Positions 62,070-64,000 of a DNA stretch of 64,000 bases are shown piece after piece. Below the pieces are notes generated by a model. That model had not been told where the DNA came from. It ran no database searches and saw only the letters and a program-made list of their open reading frames with translations. How positions within the stretch are numbered: position 1 is the first letter of the stretch; every line of letters begins with the position of its first letter. The stretch is from Takakia lepidozioides (Eukaryota; Plantae; Bryophyta): positions 16,616,001 through 16,680,000 of the forward strand of contig CM060733.1 in the NCBI GenBank assembly GCA_030704615.1, written 5' to 3'. The position numbers and the translations under genes were made by a program.

Positions 62070-64000
62070 GAATGCTTCTAATGATAACACGTCCTACAGT
62101 TACATCCAGGGTCATTGGAGCAGTTTGCTGCATATAAACATAGTCACTAGGGTGAAATCTCTGAACCCCATGACGATAGCCCCCACCACGTATGGTAGCA
62201 TACCTCAACCACGATGTTGTGCAATGGCAAGGTTCTCGAAAGCCATGGGCATGACTTTCTTAAACAACTCCGCGCGCTGACCACATGCACGTGCCCACAC
62301 GTCCGGATCGTCAAGATTGAGGACTATTGCAGCCTCCATGCGAATAGATGCAGGCAAATCTGGCTCTCGGCCAAAGAGAAAGAAATAAGGCGAGAATGAG
62401 GCAAGTGATGCTTGTTTGCTGAACCTGTAGCCCATGGCTAACCAGGGTAGCTGAAGGTTCTAATCTCCAAGGTGTCCCATCTGCAAGCCATACTTGCGCA
62501 AACCCGTCTTAACCGTTTGCACAACCCTCTCTGCCAAGCAATCGGCCTCAGGATGATCCGAGAAGTGGTGCGGTGGTCTATCAAGGCCTTGTCACACAAC
62601 GCCTGAAACTCCCCCAAGAACTCTCTCTCTTGATCCGTGAGTACCTCAGCTGGAGCACCGAATCAGCTAAGTACACGATCCAAGAATGCATACGCAGTTC
62701 CATCACTAGCCTTATCAGGCAATGTAACCAACTCGATCCACTTGGAGAAGTGCTCCACCATCATCGACACGTACTTGTTGTGGGGTATGGTCAGTGGCAA
62801 CGGCCCTGCGAAGTCAAGACTCCACATGTAGGCCAATCCCATGATCGGAAGAGGGTGCAATTGTGGTGTAGGGGCGTTAAATGAAACATGCACCCTGTCA
62901 CACACCATGCACTTAGCCACAAATTGTTGCACCTCTGTGTGCATACCAGGCCACCAATACTGCCCCTGCAGTAGACTATGAGTGTGTCGCACCCCAAAAA
63001 TGCCCCAACTCATGGGCATGCCGCACTAATCGTGCCCACTGTGTTGGGTGAGGCACAATCCTTACTCGACCATCCTCCCACACTCGGAGCAGGTGTGTCC
63101 CCTCCCACTTGAACCTCTTGGCTCGTTGTAGGATCTGATCCCTTTCCTTGGCAGTCACAGTGGCTGCCGTGTTTCCAGTGCGGAGATAGTCCAACACAGC
63201 TGAATTCTCATGTATATCTTTGGCGCCACCTTGCTCATTGCTGGCCTCAGGTTCCTCAGACACTCGGTCTACAGTCATCCCTGTTGTAGGTCCAACCTGG
63301 CCTTCCGCTGCCAAGATACATAGAAATGCAGATGCATGCCATCCGGGCATCATCTCCTCGTCTGTCTCACCATGCCACCGAGCTCCAGTGTCATCCTACT
63401 GGCTCGTGCATGGATTGCGACTCAACCCATCCGCATCCTGATTGACCAAACCCGGTCGATGCACAACCTGAAAGTTATACTCCTCAAGTATGAGTTCCCA
63501 CCGTGCAAGCTTCCCCGTAAGCTTGTCTGATTCCATCAACCACTTGAGTGGCTGGTGATCCGTGATAAGGGTGAAGAGATTTCCGTATAGATAGCACTTG
63601 AAGTGTGCCACGGCCCACACTGCAGCTAAGCATTCTCCCTCATATGAGCTATACTTAGTCTCTGCAGCGTTGTTCAAGCGGCTAGCATAAGCCACTACGA
63701 ACTCTCTTCCCTCATCATCCACCTGTGTGAGCACCGCTCCAAGCCCCAGCATGCTCCAGTCTGTATGCAGCTGAAAATGACGCTCCCTGATAGGTCGTCT
63801 CAAGATGGGCACCGAGGTCAACCTCGCCTTGAGCTCTTGAAAAGCTCGTTCTTGCTCATCTTCCCACTGCCACTCCTGGTCCACCTTGGTCAGCTTGGTT
63901 AGAGCCTTTGCAATGGCACTAAATACCTTGACAAACCGTCTATAATAGTTTATCAACCCCAGGAAAGCTCGAACTCGGCTCACATCCGTGGGGTGTGGAA
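62070..64000 (-). mobile_element. Degenerate Ty3/Gypsy pol (RT end, RNase H, integrase) continuing beyond the window
   Basis: RAFLGLINYYRRFV, LHTDWS, TDHQPLKWL, ADGLSR, HHCC zinc finger (H..LGH...YWWPGM...CMVC), WSLDFAGPL, VEHFSKWIE. Frameshifts present. Confidence 0.93.

Overview
This is land-plant nuclear DNA. A bryophyte or other seed-free plant is an inference from the PLS-PPR style and transposon content. The window holds six host genes: two paralogous PLS-class PPR-E1-E2-DYW C-to-U editing factors (about 1-2579 + and 51566-54951 -), a SOBIR1/CORYNE-like LRR receptor kinase, an HCF152-like P-class PPR, a plastid-type DnaJ-zinc-finger/zinc-knuckle gene, and a Sen1-like SF1 helicase. Transposon-dense blocks lie at 8-31 kb and 56-64 kb. 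The main observation is that both PPR-DYW deaminases carry N-terminal copies of the PDF motif (WWDNR..K / PDFKHK..LW..P.WV), the ssDNA-binding module of OSB/PTAC9 organellar proteins. The motif is split across a conserved phase-0 intron, and a third, transposon-interrupted copy of the same exon-intron unit lies at 25987-26270. Other notable structures are a three-level nested transposon whose core is a piggyBac with an internal 2 kb inversion, and a decayed retroelement carrying a protease followed by a dUTPase. All exon structures and family calls were made by eye, without database searches.
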